Assembly (NCBI RefSeq): GCF_006345805.1
Contig: NC_043023.1
Coordinates: 4,526,001-4,590,000, forward strand
Direction of reading: 5' to 3'
Length of the DNA: 64,000 nt
Source: Octopus sinensis
Lineage: Eukaryota
The notes under the pieces: model-generated
Database searches by the model: none
Seen by the model: only the letters and a program-made list of their open reading frames with translations
Told to the model about the DNA's origin: nothing
Position numbers and translations under genes: made by a program
In this document: piece by piece, positions 49,440-62,329 of the stretch
Layout of the letters: each line of letters opens with the position of its first letter
Numbering within the stretch: position 1 is the stretch's first letter

Positions 49440-51382
49440 TTAGCTTGATAGTTCCAGGTGAGGAGACTCAGATCTTGTGCCACTAGGATAAATCTTTCTG
49501 CTTTGACTCACAAACCAACACCCTGTGGCCACTGGTCAGTTTTTCCCCAGCTCTTTTGGGGTATTGCCTATGTAATGGCTTTTCTTCCACAATCTTGGTA
49601 TTTCCTTCAAGCTTTCATGTTTGGCTTTTGTTTTACACTTTTTGCTGCCTTAGTGGGTGGTGTGTCCTCCTTATCATCAGAATCAGGGAGGTTAAGCTCT
49701 CGTCTGCATTTGTATGCCTCCTTTGAGATTGAGTGCAGTTTCTTACTCTGTGTTGCCTTACCAGCTGTATCATCCAGTTGGTGTTACTTTGGATGTACAC
49801 TTGGAGTTCAATCATGGTTGTTTTATAAGACATTTTATGCTGTGCTAAGATTTCGCTTCTTGGATGAACAATTTTTGAGTATCATACAGTCTATTAACAT
49901 CTGGTCTTTGCAGCCGTATGAGTTTTTATTCAAGAGGAAGGATGTTGTTTTCATCAAGAAATTGATATATCCTTTCGGTGAGGATGGATGTAAGTATTTT
50001 GTACATGGTGGTCAAACAAGTGATTGGCCTGTAGTTTGGGTTGTTTTTTTTTTGTATCTCTCATTTTAAGGAGTAGGTATGTTATCCCTAATGTTAGCCA
50101 GCTTTGAGTCTTTTCAGGGTTTCTGATAATATTAGAGAAATATTCTATTAACTGACAGTGTGATAATGAAGCCAGAAGTTTGGGATTTTATCATGTCCAA
50201 GACACTTCCACTTATGCGCTTTGTAATATTGTTCCATCCCTATTCTTCAATCTCAGCCATTCTTTCTTCTTCTCTCCCTACCCATTCAGCTCCCTTTTTG
50301 AATTCCTTTCTATTACTCCATATGCTTTTTCCAAAATGTCATCACTTCTTTCATATCAAAAAGGTCTTTTACTTTGATCGACTATTTCCCTAACTCTATA
50401 GAATTTCTTAGCATCAGTTTTAAATGTCTTATTGTGTTTTTTAAAATTTGTTTCTCTTTTCACACCTACATAAACATTGGGCTTTAACCTGCAATTTTTG
50501 CCTAACCATCTCTTTTGCTCTCAGGACTTCATTTATGTTTATTAGATTGTATTTTCACTTTCTAAACCATTCTTGCCTTTACATTATTTCTTTTGAAGAG
50601 TTCATCTAAGGTCAATAATTCCTGTCAGAAGCTCTTGGTTACCTCATTTATGTGCCCTTTCCACATTGGGTGTACATGTGCCTTTTTGTGAACCTTTTTC
50701 TTTATCTTGATGCCTATTTTCTTTGTGCCAGCAATAGCTGTTGAGTATATAATGAGATTAAATCTGTCTCATTTTCAAGAAGCTGCTTCAGAGCATATGC
50801 ATATATTTTGATTGTACAGTGATTTGATTTGGTGTTGATCCCTCTCATTCATTTCTAGATGTTCTCTCGGGATATTGTTTTTCACCTCAAGTATTTTCTC
50901 TCTATTGGCTTCAGCAAATGTGTCAGCCATTGCAGCTTCACGATCATTCCTACTTCCCGTTACATTACTACTACTTCAGATTCTAAATTGCCTACATCAA
51001 CAGCAAGTTCAGAGCTGTCTCTATCTATAGGTTGAATGTTTTCCTGTTTGTTATTCTGTCTGCACCAAGCACTTCAGCTTGAGTGTGGTGGCATTATTTT
51101 TTATTGCCTCTAATTCTGTTCATGTTAGACACTTATTTCGCATCCTGTCTCTGCATACATTGACTAATTTGTTTGCATCAGTTTATCCACGGATGTCATC
51201 CCCTATCATTTCTCTCCATGACTTGCTTATACTCTATTTTCAGTAGTTCTTTCAATGTTTGTCTTAAGGTGTCAGGGTTGATTTCTCAGTTCTGATTTCC
51301 CTCAAGATCATTTTCACAGAAGTTTGTTCCAATTTTCAACTTTTTGACCTCAGGTGACCCCTGTGATGGACAATGAAGAATC
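49440..51382 (-). pseudogene. Degenerate R4/Dong LINE (N-terminal domain + RT start + C-terminal piece), continuing beyond the Gypsy insertion to about 56760
   Basis: DANKLVNVCRD, YGCKDQMLID and AQDLSLLTWNYQANV motifs with many stops. Confidence 0.7.
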
Positions 51383-52184
51383 TGTAGTGATGCTACTGTG
51401 TAAGGTTCAGCGCGCATGCGCAGAATGGGACTGCTTCCGGGTGGCCACCGGAAGTCTTCCCCATGCACATGTGCGGGAAACTGACCCCTAAGGCCCAGTC
51501 AACTCGATCACCCTCTCTGGCCATTTCAGCCCTCGTGAACAGACGTGCATTTGGTAGTCTCTGATAACTATACCGACTTAGCCACGGACGACATCGAATC
51601 ACTTCAACCAACCAACAAGAAGCTGTACAACAGATTCGGCTGTCGTTTTCCCTTCAGAAATACGTACACCATCACGAATAATAAACAACACTGCTGTCTT
51701 TCCCAGATAACCTGACTTCGTCTGTTATATTTAACTAAATTGAATGTGACGGGATCGGATCGACACCCCTTCAGTGATACCGATTCCAGATCCTGTTACA
51801 ATTGGTGACCCCAAGTATAAAAAAAAAAAAGAACAGAAGACGCAGCGAACACGTTTTGCCAGTTAGAGCACTGAACACTGTTTTCACTTTCATTTTTCTT
51901 TTCCTTTCAGGACGGCAAGGTGCGTACAAACAAAAGTTTTATTCATCGCACTCAGTACACTAAAAAAAAAAAAAAAAGAAACACACACACATTTTCTTTT
52001 TCCTTTTCTGTACCTTTTGTTTTTCCTTTGTGCACACACACACTTATTCTTTACTACCCACGAGGTGCACACACACACCATTACACAAAACATGATTTTT
52101 GATTTGCTTTGTCGGTTCCACGTGTTCTCCACTTCTCGTTCATACCTTCTGCCCCTTTTCTGACAGGAGTTTTTTCAGACAAAC

Positions 52185-52871
52185 ATGGCTGCATCAGGTT
52201 TGCCTTTATTCACAGGGGATGTGGGTCTGTGGTTTGCCCAGGTGGAGTCGCATTTTGACGCACATGCCGTTCCTCCACAGCAGCAGTTGCATCTGCTATA
52301 TTCAAGTTTACATCCCCGACTCGCCACATCGGTCAGGGATCTCATAATAAGTCCCCACCCGGACGCCACATACGCATCTGTAAAAGCCGAAATCCTCCGC
52401 CGCAACACGCGGTCGGAGGAGAGTAATTTTAAGGAGCTGATGGCCGAGGAACAGTTGGGATACAGGACTCCATTCCAGTTCCTGCGCCACCTATGGGAGC
52501 TGAGCGGGAACGCAGTGGACGGGCCGCTCTTACGGAGGATTTCCTTCTCCAGGTTGCCTGCCCATGTGCAGACAATGTTGGCCACGGTACTGGAGTCTGT
52601 GTCAGTAGACCAGATTGCCACGATGGCCGATAAAATATTGGAATTTCCAAAACCATCTCCATCGCGAGGCCTGTGCGCATGTACAGAGCCCCCTCCGACA
52701 GTTTCTCCGACGCAAAATTCACTAGCCGAGCGGCTCGATACGCTCATGTGGCGAATCAATGATCTGTGCCGTGCAATCGGGCGTTGACCACGCAGTCGTA
52801 GTCGCAGTGGCTCTGCCAAAAAGGCAGAATGGTGTACCCAGCCGTGCACTTTTCAGCCCTCAGGAAACTAA
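52185..52871 (+). pseudogene. Gypsy gag
   Basis: WFAQVESHF motif; one premature TGA at 52785-52787 (likely from CGA), after which the frame continues to CTQPCTFQPSGN-TAA at 52869-52871. Confidence 0.88.
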
Positions 52872-55800
52872 ATCCGGAGGAGGTGAGCACGTCACCTTCT
52901 TCCTTCTCATTTCCCAAAAATCGTGCGTTCTTTGTAAAAGATCTGGTGTCGAAGAAATTCTTCATGGTGGACACTGGCTCTTGTTGCAGCATCTGGCCCC
53001 TTCGTCTGACTGCAGACAAGCCCAAGCGCTCTTCAATTGTCTTGTATGCCATTGACTTGTCTCCCATAACCACCTTCGGTCAGATTTCGCTGCGCCTCGA
53101 CATCAACCTTCGTCGAGATTTTCAATGGGTTTTCGTCATCGCTGACATCCCGCATCCTATTCTCAGCGCTGATTTCTTGGATAGGTTTAATCTATTGGTG
53201 GATGTCAGGCGTCGGAGGCTTCTTGATAGCACGACGTCGCTCTCTACGCCGACTGGGAGTTCCACCAATGCAGTCCTTAGCCCGACATTCTTTGTTGCCA
53301 CCTCTGGAGATGCTTTTCACTCTCTTTTGGCTTCATTTCCAGAGCTAGTGGACATTGCCTTTCAACCGGAAAAGCCTACCCACTCGACACTCCATTTTAT
53401 CACCACCACTGGGCCGCCTGTATTTTCGCGCCCACGGCACCTTGCGCCTGACCGACTAAAAACGGCTAGGGCCGAGTTTGAGCACATGCTTCAACTTGGC
53501 CTTATACACCCCTCCACCAGCCCATGGGTGTCTCCCCTTCATTTGGCGCGAAAGGGCGAGTCTGATTTTCGCCCGGTAGGAGACTATCGACGCCTCAATG
53601 CTGTAACAATAGCCGACAGATATCCAATCAGAAATCTATAGGACTTTACGGCAAATCTCCATGGTTGTACCATTTTTCGAAGGTCGACCTTATACGCGCG
53701 TACCATCAAATACTGGTTAACCCAGCCGACGTTCCGAAAACTGCGATCACTACCCCCTTTGGGTGTTTTGAGTTTTTGTATATGAGTTTCGGTTTGCGGA
53801 ATGCTACTAGCACTTTCCAGTGTTTCATTAATGAGGTTGTCCGCGGTCTTGATTTTGTGTTTGCCTATGTCGATGATATACTCATTGCGAGCGACACACA
53901 TGAAAATCATCTCCAGCACCTTTCTCAGCGTCTTCGCGCTTATAGTATACGTATAAATCCTGACAAGTGTGTTTTCGGACGCTCTTCTTTAGATTTTCTA
54001 GGCCATCATATTGATTCGAGTGGAATCAGCCCCCTGTCGTCAAAGGTCGATGCCATTCGATGCATCGCACCCCCCACTTCCTTGCGCCAGCTCAGGCATT
54101 ATCTAGGGATGATCAATTTCTACAGACGTTTTATTCCCGGTTGTGCAGATAAGCTTCTTCCTCTCACCAGGCTATTAAAGGACACTCCTAGAAAGGATGG
54201 TCAAGTCACCCTCTCTGTTGAGGCACTCACAGCCTTTGAGTCCATTAAGAAGGAGCTGGCTTCTGTTTCTTTGCTTGCACATCCGGTTCCTGGTGCTTCT
54301 CTCTCTTTGACTGTAGACGCATCGGACACTGCGATTGGCGCTGTGTTACAACACACAGTGGATGATCATATTCGACCTCTGGCTTTCTTTTCCTGCCAAC
54401 TGCAACCAGCTGAACGACGATACAGCACCTTTGATCGTGAGCTCCTAGTGATCTATCTATCGGTTTGTCATTTCCAGCATCAACTTGAAGGGCGAGATTT
54501 TGTGATCTATACGGATCACAAGCCCCTTACGTTTGCCCTGTGTTCAAAAACGGACAAACTCTCGCCTCGTGCTTTCCGGCACCTGGATTTTATCTCTCAA
54601 TTCACTAGTAACATTCGACACATACCTGGAAAAGAGAATGTTCCTGCTGACGCTCTCTCTCGCCTTCTAGTTTGCGCCCTTTCGTCTCCTGCTGCTATCG
54701 ACTTAACTGCCATCTCACAGGAGCAGCCACCTTTGGCGTCGTTAGACTTAACTTCTCCCAAGTTCTCCTGTTGCCAGTTTTCCTACCTTCCGCTTCCGTC
54801 AGCCGAAGGCACCATTCTCTGTGATACTTCCACTGGTTCTCCCAGGCCACTCGTGTCTGAGAATCATCAACGCTCAGTGTTTGAAGCACTGCACTCCTTA
54901 TCACATCCTGGCATCGCTGCCACCCTTAAGCTAATCACTGCTCGGTTTTTCTGGCCGAATATGCGTCGCACTATTACTTCTTGGACACGCACCTGCTCCA
55001 AGTGTCAACGGTCCAAGATTCAACGGCACGTTCGTGCCCCACTTGGACATTTCCCCCCTACGGAGGCCCGTTTTCGCCACGTCCACATCGATCTGGTTGG
55101 ACCATGGCCTGTGAGTCGCGGGTTTTCTTATCTGTTAACTTGTGTCGATCGTTTCTCCCGCTGGCCAGAAGCCATTCCGATAGCAGACATTTCTGCTGAG
55201 ACTGTTGCGCAAGCCTTCGTTTCAAACTGGATTTCCCGTTTCGGAGTCCTGTCCAGATTGACTACTGATCGTGGACGTCAGTTTGAAGCTTCGCTATTTC
55301 GCGAATCGGTGCGCATTTTAGGTGTGCATCATATTCACACTACCAGCTATCATCCAGCGTCTAATGGATTAGTTGAACGGTTCCATAGACAGCTCAAGGC
55401 TGCTCTTCGTGCCTCCTCGGATCCACTGTCCTGGATTGAATTTCTGCCAATTGTGCTTCTTGGTTGTCGCACTGCTGTCAAGGCAGACCTGGGGTTTTCT
55501 TCTGCAGAGTTACTGTATGGTACCACACTGGCATTGCCTGGTACGATGTTGGTGCCAGGCACTTCCCAGCCCCATGATCCGGCGACCTATGTCGCCAGAC
55601 TACGTTCATATTTTTCGAATCTTCCACCCATGGTTCCCAGGAAACAATCTCCACCATCCCATCTCCCACCGGATATGGACACTTGGTCGCATGTTTTTGT
55701 TCGGGACGACTCTGTCAAGAGACCACTTGTTTCTCCCTATAAAGGACCTTTCCGTGTGCTTTCTCGCACACCTAAGGTTTTCACCATTGAAATAAATGGT

Positions 55801-56070
55801 CATTCGGAGACCGTTTCCGTGGACCGACTGAAGAAAGCATACTTTGAGACGTCTTCATCTTTTGATGACAACCTTGCCACACCCACCTATGCACCTTTAA
55901 CAACACCTTCACCTGCACAAACACCTTCACCTGCACAGACACCTTTGCCTTCACCGGCTCCTACAACACCACCTTCGCCGTCAACGGGTGCCCCGAGCAC
56001 ACCGTATGTTACAAAATCGGGCAGAACAGTGCATTGGCCCAAGAAACTTTCAAAGACAATTTATATTTAA
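52860..56070 (+). pseudogene. Gypsy pol (PR-RT-RH-INT), -1 frame relative to gag
   Basis: TAG at 53639-53641 plus a 1-nt deletion at about 53675; otherwise open to 56070. Confidence 0.92.
52862..52902 (+). promoter_or_regulatory. Putative -1 ribosomal frameshift signal
   Basis: A_GGA_AAC at 52862-52868, 7-nt spacer, 11-bp stem 52876-52886/52892-52902 with loop GCACG. Confidence 0.65.
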
Positions 56071-57532
56071 CTTTCTTTCAAATTTCTTGTTTTTGTATGA
56101 TATTATGTACCAAATCTTCTGGGGGATCGGCAAGCCATCTGTTTTTCTGCAGCACCACTACAAATTTTCTTGTTTTCGTACTTCCGCACTCAAGGGAGAG
56201 CCATGTAGTGATGCTACTGTGTAAGGTTCAGCGCGCATGCGCAGAATGGGACTACTTCCGGGTGGCCACCGGAAGTCTTCCCCATGCGCATGTGCGGGAA
56301 ACTGACCCCTAAGGCCCAGTCAACTCGATCACCCTCTCTGGCCATTTCAGCCCTCGTGAACAGACGTGCATTTGGTAGTCTCTGATAACTATACTGACTT
56401 AGCCGCGGACGACATCGAATCACTTCAACCAACCAACAAGAAGCTGTACAACAGATTCGGCTGTCGTTTTCCCTTCAGAAATACGTACACCATCACAAGT
56501 AATAAACAACATTTGCTATCTTTCCCAGATAACCTGACTTCGTCTGTTATATCTAACTAAATTGAATGTGACGGGATCGGATCGACACCCCTTCAGTGAT
56601 ACCGATACCAGATCCTGTTACAAATCCATTTTAACCCTACTGGCAAGGAGTGATTTTTATCACTCCTGTACACAGGAGTCTTGGAGGGGTCTGTCTACCC
56701 TCATTTGGATGGGCTGGGCTGTGCTGGTCATCAACATAGTATTTACAACCCTGCAGCAGTGGGTTAAACATTGTGTGTGTGTGTGTGTGTGTGTTTTATT
56801 GCTTAGGAAGTACAAACACTTCCCTTATTGCATTGCATCTGTATATTTTGTTTTGGAGTTTGTGCTTGAGTCTTTTGTTTTATTAGTGTTTGTATTGTGA
56901 GCTGTGTGTGTGTGTTGCGAGTTGTGTTCTTCACTTGGGTATTGGCAGTGACATTAAGAGAGGGGTCTGTATGTTCAGTGTGAACTTTTTGACAGAATAC
57001 TACCTCCAGCCATGTGCTGGGGCTTTTTTCAGAACAAAATTCACCACTATTTCTTGGGAGCTTTATCAATGAGCACAGCTCTCCCTTTTCAGAAAGAAAC
57101 TTGTTGCAGCTTTTGTGAAAAGCATTTAAATACCGTGTGCTTGATACTTGTTTGTTTTATGTACATATGGAGGCTACTTTGTATTCATGTGTGAATTGTA
57201 TAAACACAAATACTATACTGTTTGATGTATAATTGAGAAACAGCAGTGTGCGTGTGTGTGGCAATGGGAATGCGTATATGATTAGTTCTAGTACTCACAG
57301 CTTCATTCACAGTTCCAATATAAATAATTTCCACAGTCCCTCATGTTTTTTATACTTTCATGCATACATTTTACTGCAGCAACACATGATCTTGATATCA
57401 TGACTCCACATGTTGTTTACAATTTTGAGAAAAATTGTTCATTTTCCTCTGATGATTTACATTAAAAAGTTTTCTTTCATTTTTGTGTCTGTTTCTTAAA
57501 TCCAACTTGATGATGATCTCAAATTTAATCAG

Positions 57533-57735
57533 GGAGCTCAATTGTTAGCACACTGGGCAAAATGCTTAGAGGTATTTCATCTGCCACTATGTTCTAAGTT
57601 CAGATTCTGCCAAGGTAGACTTTACTTTTCATCCTTTTGGGTCAATAAATTAAGTACCGGTGAAACACTTGGGTTGATGTAATTGGCTAGTCCCCTCCCC
57701 CAAATTTCAGGCCTTGTGCCTATAGTAGAAAAGAT
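57533..57735 (+). mobile_element. tRNA-derived SINE (same family as 3392-3590)
   Basis: tttcatccttttgggtcaataaattaagtacc motif. Confidence 0.6.
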
Positions 57736-57737
57736 TT

Positions 57738-59205
57738 TTTTTTTAATTCTGGTTTTGCTGGAACACCTGGAGTCTTGCATGAATTGCAGGCTTGCTACCT
57801 ACAGCCTACACTATCTTGTTATCTTTTTAACTATCTAATACTTTCCTGATGATTCTGATCATGCCGAGGATTTCTGGGCCCTGTATTCTGATCTCCTTTA
57901 TATTCCTCTTGATGCTTAAGGACCCAGCAATAATTGATACTGTCTTCACCTTCTTCATTTTCCATTGTTGCATTATCTTGTATTTAAGAGTATTACATAT
58001 GTCTATTTTTTACCTTCCTTCTTGACTATCCATGGGCATACAAAATCAGTTATAGAGCTCATGGTTCACCGTGCCCATCACCATTAGGTCCAGCTTGTTA
58101 TGCTCAAGCACCTGGTCTGTTTGGATTGGGAAATTACATAGGATTTTGCAGGTCCCCAACGCCACCATCTCTTGCCATGTCTTGCCTCTCTCTGGATCCC
58201 ACTTTTCATATAGTTTCCACTGTAGCACTTTTGCTACCTCATCATGTCACCACAACTTATAATGGTTTGGGGCAAGTCTAGGCATTTGTTCATCATCATC
58301 ATCGTCATCATCATTATTATTGATTTGATTCAGACTCATTCTTATTCCTGATAGAATTTATATGGGTTGCTACCTGTAACCTTAGGCATCCACAAGTAGT
58401 CTTTCAAGTGCTTAAAACCCTCTGGGTAATCTTTTCTGTTCCTAAGAGGCAAACTTTCTGTAGAAGCTCTACAGGGCATTCCATTCCAATCTCCTTCAAC
58501 CATTTGTCTATATTTTTATTCACATTTCCTGATGCACCATTTATTACAGGCACAACCTTTATAGTTTTCAGACCCCAAATTCTTGCAATTTCAAATTTTA
58601 AGGGATTGTATTTTCTTTTTCATTTTTCATCTTCTTTCTTCACAATCCTAGAATCAAATGGTCATGACGGATTAGTTAGTAAGCATTTCACTATTCCTTA
58701 TCTATTATTGTTATGTCTGGTCTATTATTATTATTATATGTTTGACTTTTGCTTTGTATTTATACAAGTTGACTCCAAGTCTCACCCAAAGACATCAATA
58801 GACAACAAGTTAGAATTTCAAGTCAGTATTATAACTAGGGTACCATATAGTTGGTTTTGCACGAAGTATTGTTCTAGAGAATGTCTGTCAAAACATAAGG
58901 AAATTAAAAGTTTATTTTAAAAGTAATTTGATTATAAGATGATAGTGTGTTCTTAAGATGACAGTAAAAGGTGTTTGCTGTTATGTATGTTTAAAAATAC
59001 TTTTGATAATGCTTACAGATTAAAATGTTTTTGGAATCACATAGACAATATTTTTCATAAGATATGAATAGTTCCCATGAGTACTATTTTTCAAATTTGT
59101 TCCATTTTTGGATTTTCTGCTATCTGAGATAGGTAACAATTGTCCCATTTTGCTATCATTTCTAGAGCACCTATGACAACAGGTATTGTCTTAGTCTTGA
59201 GGTTC
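57738..59205 (-). mobile_element. Three stacked R4/Dong 3'-end fragments (about 57738-58270, 58300-58670, 58722-59205)
   Basis: Each encodes an RLE tail (HDEVAKVLQWKL; EIARIWGLKTIKVVPVING; KTIPVVIGALEMI) and they are separated by ATT/ATC microsatellites. Confidence 0.75.
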
Positions 59206-59223
59206 ATCATCATCATCATTATA

Positions 59224-59255
<32 letters not shown>

Positions 59256-59375
59256 CATCATCATTATTATTATAGAGATTTGGCTCTTACTATATCTCTT
59301 TTTCTCCCACAGGAAACTGCCACTGTGTCCACCATTTCTATATGACGCTGTGTCTTATCAATTTCCCAACAAAAC

Positions 59376-59978
59376 ATGAACTCAGGAAGTATCATACACG
59401 TAGTGGACCTGAAAGAAAACACACATCCAAATATTGCGGTGACTTACTCGGCTTACACAAAATGCAGGAAGCCGAGAACTGGAGGCCCACAGTACACATT
59501 CAGCATTACTACAAAAACACCAATCACCAGCAACAACAATAAAAACAACAGCAACAAAATCAACTGCAACAGAAACAACAATGCCCCCTTCAGGAACACC
59601 AACAGTACTAATGCCAACACCAGGAATTCAACTGGTGCTGTTCCCACTTTCCAAAACGGAAAAGCTGCAGGCTTTAACACTGACAACATTGAATACATTA
59701 CCACAACACGCAAGCACACACTGTATGGCCCACTTGATTGGCGAGAATGCACTAGCAGCAATGCTTGTCCATGCCCACTAGGGCGTAGTAGTAGACGGAG
59801 CAGTCAGTATCGTTCACCTCAGAAAAAGGAAACGTATGTCCTTAATGCAGAATGCAAGCGCCCCATCAAAGTGCCACAGCCCTCGTCCTTGGGCAACTTA
59901 ACATTGGAGAATTTCTTAAGCCAGAACCCTCTCAACCAGAAGTTCAACTATAGGTTAAGGAGCAACAAAAGACTGTAG
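59376..59978 (+). CDS. Candidate orphan 200-aa protein (N/T/S-rich)
   Basis: Acceptor ctctttttctcccacag ends at 59312; in-frame TGA at 59343; ATG in aaaacATGa context; AATAAA at 60191-60196; no TE motifs recognised. Confidence 0.5.
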   Translation: MNSGSIIHVVDLKENTHPNIAVTYSAYTKCRKPRTGGPQYTFSITTKTPITSNNNKNNSNKINCNRNNNAPFRNTNSTNANTRNSTGAVPTFQNGKAAGFNTDNIEYITTTRKHTLYGPLDWRECTSSNACPCPLGRSSRRSSQYRSPQKKETYVLNAECKRPIKVPQPSSLGNLTLENFLSQNPLNQKFNYRLRSNKRL

Positions 59979-60789
59979 TGAGCACCTGGTGAGAGGGATT
60001 ATATAACAGGACAGAGACAGAAGAAGAGGAAAGTAGGAAGACATTTTTTTAATGGGTTTTCATGGCCCTCACTGCAGAAACCAGCCACATTAGGGAGATG
60101 TGGGGAAGACAGTTACATTAAGGAAACATTGCAACTGTTATCCTGTTCCTGCCCCCTCACCTTTTCATTGGTCCACCAGATATCAACCAAAATAAAGGGG
60201 CCTCTCTATGATTACTTGACATGCCAGAAACAGCAGCCTGGTATCGCCTCCAAATGAGGGACATGGTGCAATGGGTGGATGGCATAGCTTCATAATTATT
60301 ATGCAAGTAATGATAGTGTTGATGTGGATGATGATGATGGTAATGATAATGATGATGAGGATGAGGAGGAGGATGTTAGTGATGATGATGATGATGATAA
60401 TGATAATGATAATGATTATTAAACTAATTTGTATTCACGGAATTGATTTTATTTTGTAATTTGTTTTCTTCTCTCGTTCTATGATGGCACACTACACATC
60501 ACCAACAATGTCACTGCCACCAGTACCACTAACACCACCACCACCATTACTATCAGCATAAGTACCAGTACCACTAGTACCATCACACCACCATCATCAC
60601 CACCATTACCACCACCATCACTACCAACACTACCATCATACTGCCTACACCAATCCTAATATTATCACCACACAAATACCACTTCATGTCCATTACCCGC
60701 TACCATCAACACTAATACCACCCTACCACCACTAATAAAAACATGATCAACACCATCACCATCGCAATCTCACTACTAACATCATGTGA

Positions 60790-61710
60790 AGCCAAGTGGT
60801 GCTGTGGTTAAGGTATTCAGCTTATGATCATAAGGTCATGAGTTCAATTCCTGGTGGTGTGTTGTGTTTTTGAGCAAGACACTTTAATTCTCGTTGCCCC
60901 AGTCCACTCAGCTGGCAAAAATGAGTTGTACCTGTCATTCAAAAGGAGGCCAGCTATGTTACATTCTGTGTCGTGCTGAATTTCCCCAAGAACTACATTA
61001 ATGATATGTGTGTCTGTGGAGTACTCAGCCACTTGCACATTAGTTCCATGAACAGAGTGTTTGTTGATCATAACCAACAGAGTAACAATGTCCTTGAGCA
61101 AGACACTTTATTTTGCATTACTCAACTCCACTCAAATGGCAAAAGAACGAGTTGTACCTGTAATTCAAAGTGAAGGTATATGGCTTAGCGACTAGGGTAT
61201 TCTGCTCACAATCATAAGGTCGTGAGTTCAATTTCCAGTGGTGCTTTGTGTTCTTGAGCAAGGTGTTTTATTTCACACTGCTCCAGTTCACTCAACTGGC
61301 AAGATTGATTTGTAGCTGTAATTCAAAGGGGCCAGCTTTGTTACATTCTGTCATGCTGAATATCCATGAGAACTACCTTAAGGGTATGCATGTCTGTGGA
61401 GTACTCAGCCACTTTCATGTTAGGTTTATGAGCAGGCTGTTCTACTGATCAGGTTAACTGGAACCGGCATCATCGTAACTGATGGAGTGCCAGTTGCTCC
61501 ACTCCACTCAGCTGGCAAAAAAATGAGTAGCGGCTGTGTTTCTAATGACCAGCCTTGTCACATTTTGTGTTACACTGAATCTCCCTGAAAACTATGTTAC
61601 GGTTATGTATGTTTGAGGAATGCTCAACCAATTGCATGTTAATTTCATAAGCAGGCTGTTCTGTTGATTGGATCAATTGGAATCCTCGTCGTCGTAACCA
61701 TGGAGTGCTA
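60790..61710 (+). mobile_element. Head-to-tail cluster of about 4 CORE-like SINE copies/fragments
   Basis: ttgagcaagacacttta and ccactcagctggcaaaa motifs recur at about 60870, 61095, 61255 and 61505. Confidence 0.75.
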
Positions 61711-62052
61711 GTAACTATGAACAGACAGGCTGAGGGTTCAAGTTCTACAGAAGCTGTAACAACAACAAGAACATCATTGTTTTAACGTCCACCTTTTCAT
61801 GCTTTCATGGGTCATATAGAGTTTGTTTGAGCCAAATTTTCTACTGTGGGATGCTTTTATTGGTGCCAACACTCACCTGTTTACAAGCAAGGTAATATTT
61901 CCCCATAGCCAAATGCTTCCACAGAAGACTGGACATGAATGACAGAGTTTGCATGAAGGGGACATTCGTTTACAACTATCATGATGTCAAGGCAGAGAGA
62001 CAGTAACATACACACGCTCACACACCCATATGTATATACACATGCACACTGG

Positions 62053-62085
<33 letters not shown>

Positions 62086-62136
62086 GAGAGTAGTGTAGTT
62101 CGCTTGAGGCATTGTGTATTGTTTGTAAAGAATAAA

Positions 62137-62254
62137 AAGTTTTGAATGGTACAACAACGCACTATAATACAGACAGTGGACTATATACCTATTGTAATTT
62201 AGTCATCGAGCCCATTGTCAGTATTATAGTGCATTGTTATACCATTCAAAACTT
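62137..62254. repeat. Small MITE-like hairpin (43-bp arms, 4 mismatches)
   Basis: aagttttgaatggtacaacaacgcactataatac... and its reverse complement. Confidence 0.7.
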
Positions 62255-62272
62255 ATATAATATATATATATA

Positions 62273-62307
<35 letters not shown>

Positions 62308-62329
62308 GATTTCGAATTTTGGCACATAC

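Larger units (their letters stand above)
51383..56622 (+). mobile_element. Gypsy LTR retrotransposon, complete LTR-to-LTR, CsRn1/Kabuki-like
   Basis: LTRs 51383-51800 and 56204-56622 (TG...CA, about 10 substitutions + 1 indel). TSD AATC. PBS TGGTGACCCC (tRNA-Trp) at 51803-51812. PPT aagggagagcc. Order gag, PR (VDTG), RT (YVDD), RNase H, INT with GPF motif. Confidence 0.96.

Noticed and set aside
52785-52787. Gag TGA as selenocysteine or readthrough signal
   Set aside because: It falls in an R-P-R-S-R-S run and is most simply a CGA-to-TGA CpG mutation; pol is also disrupted.
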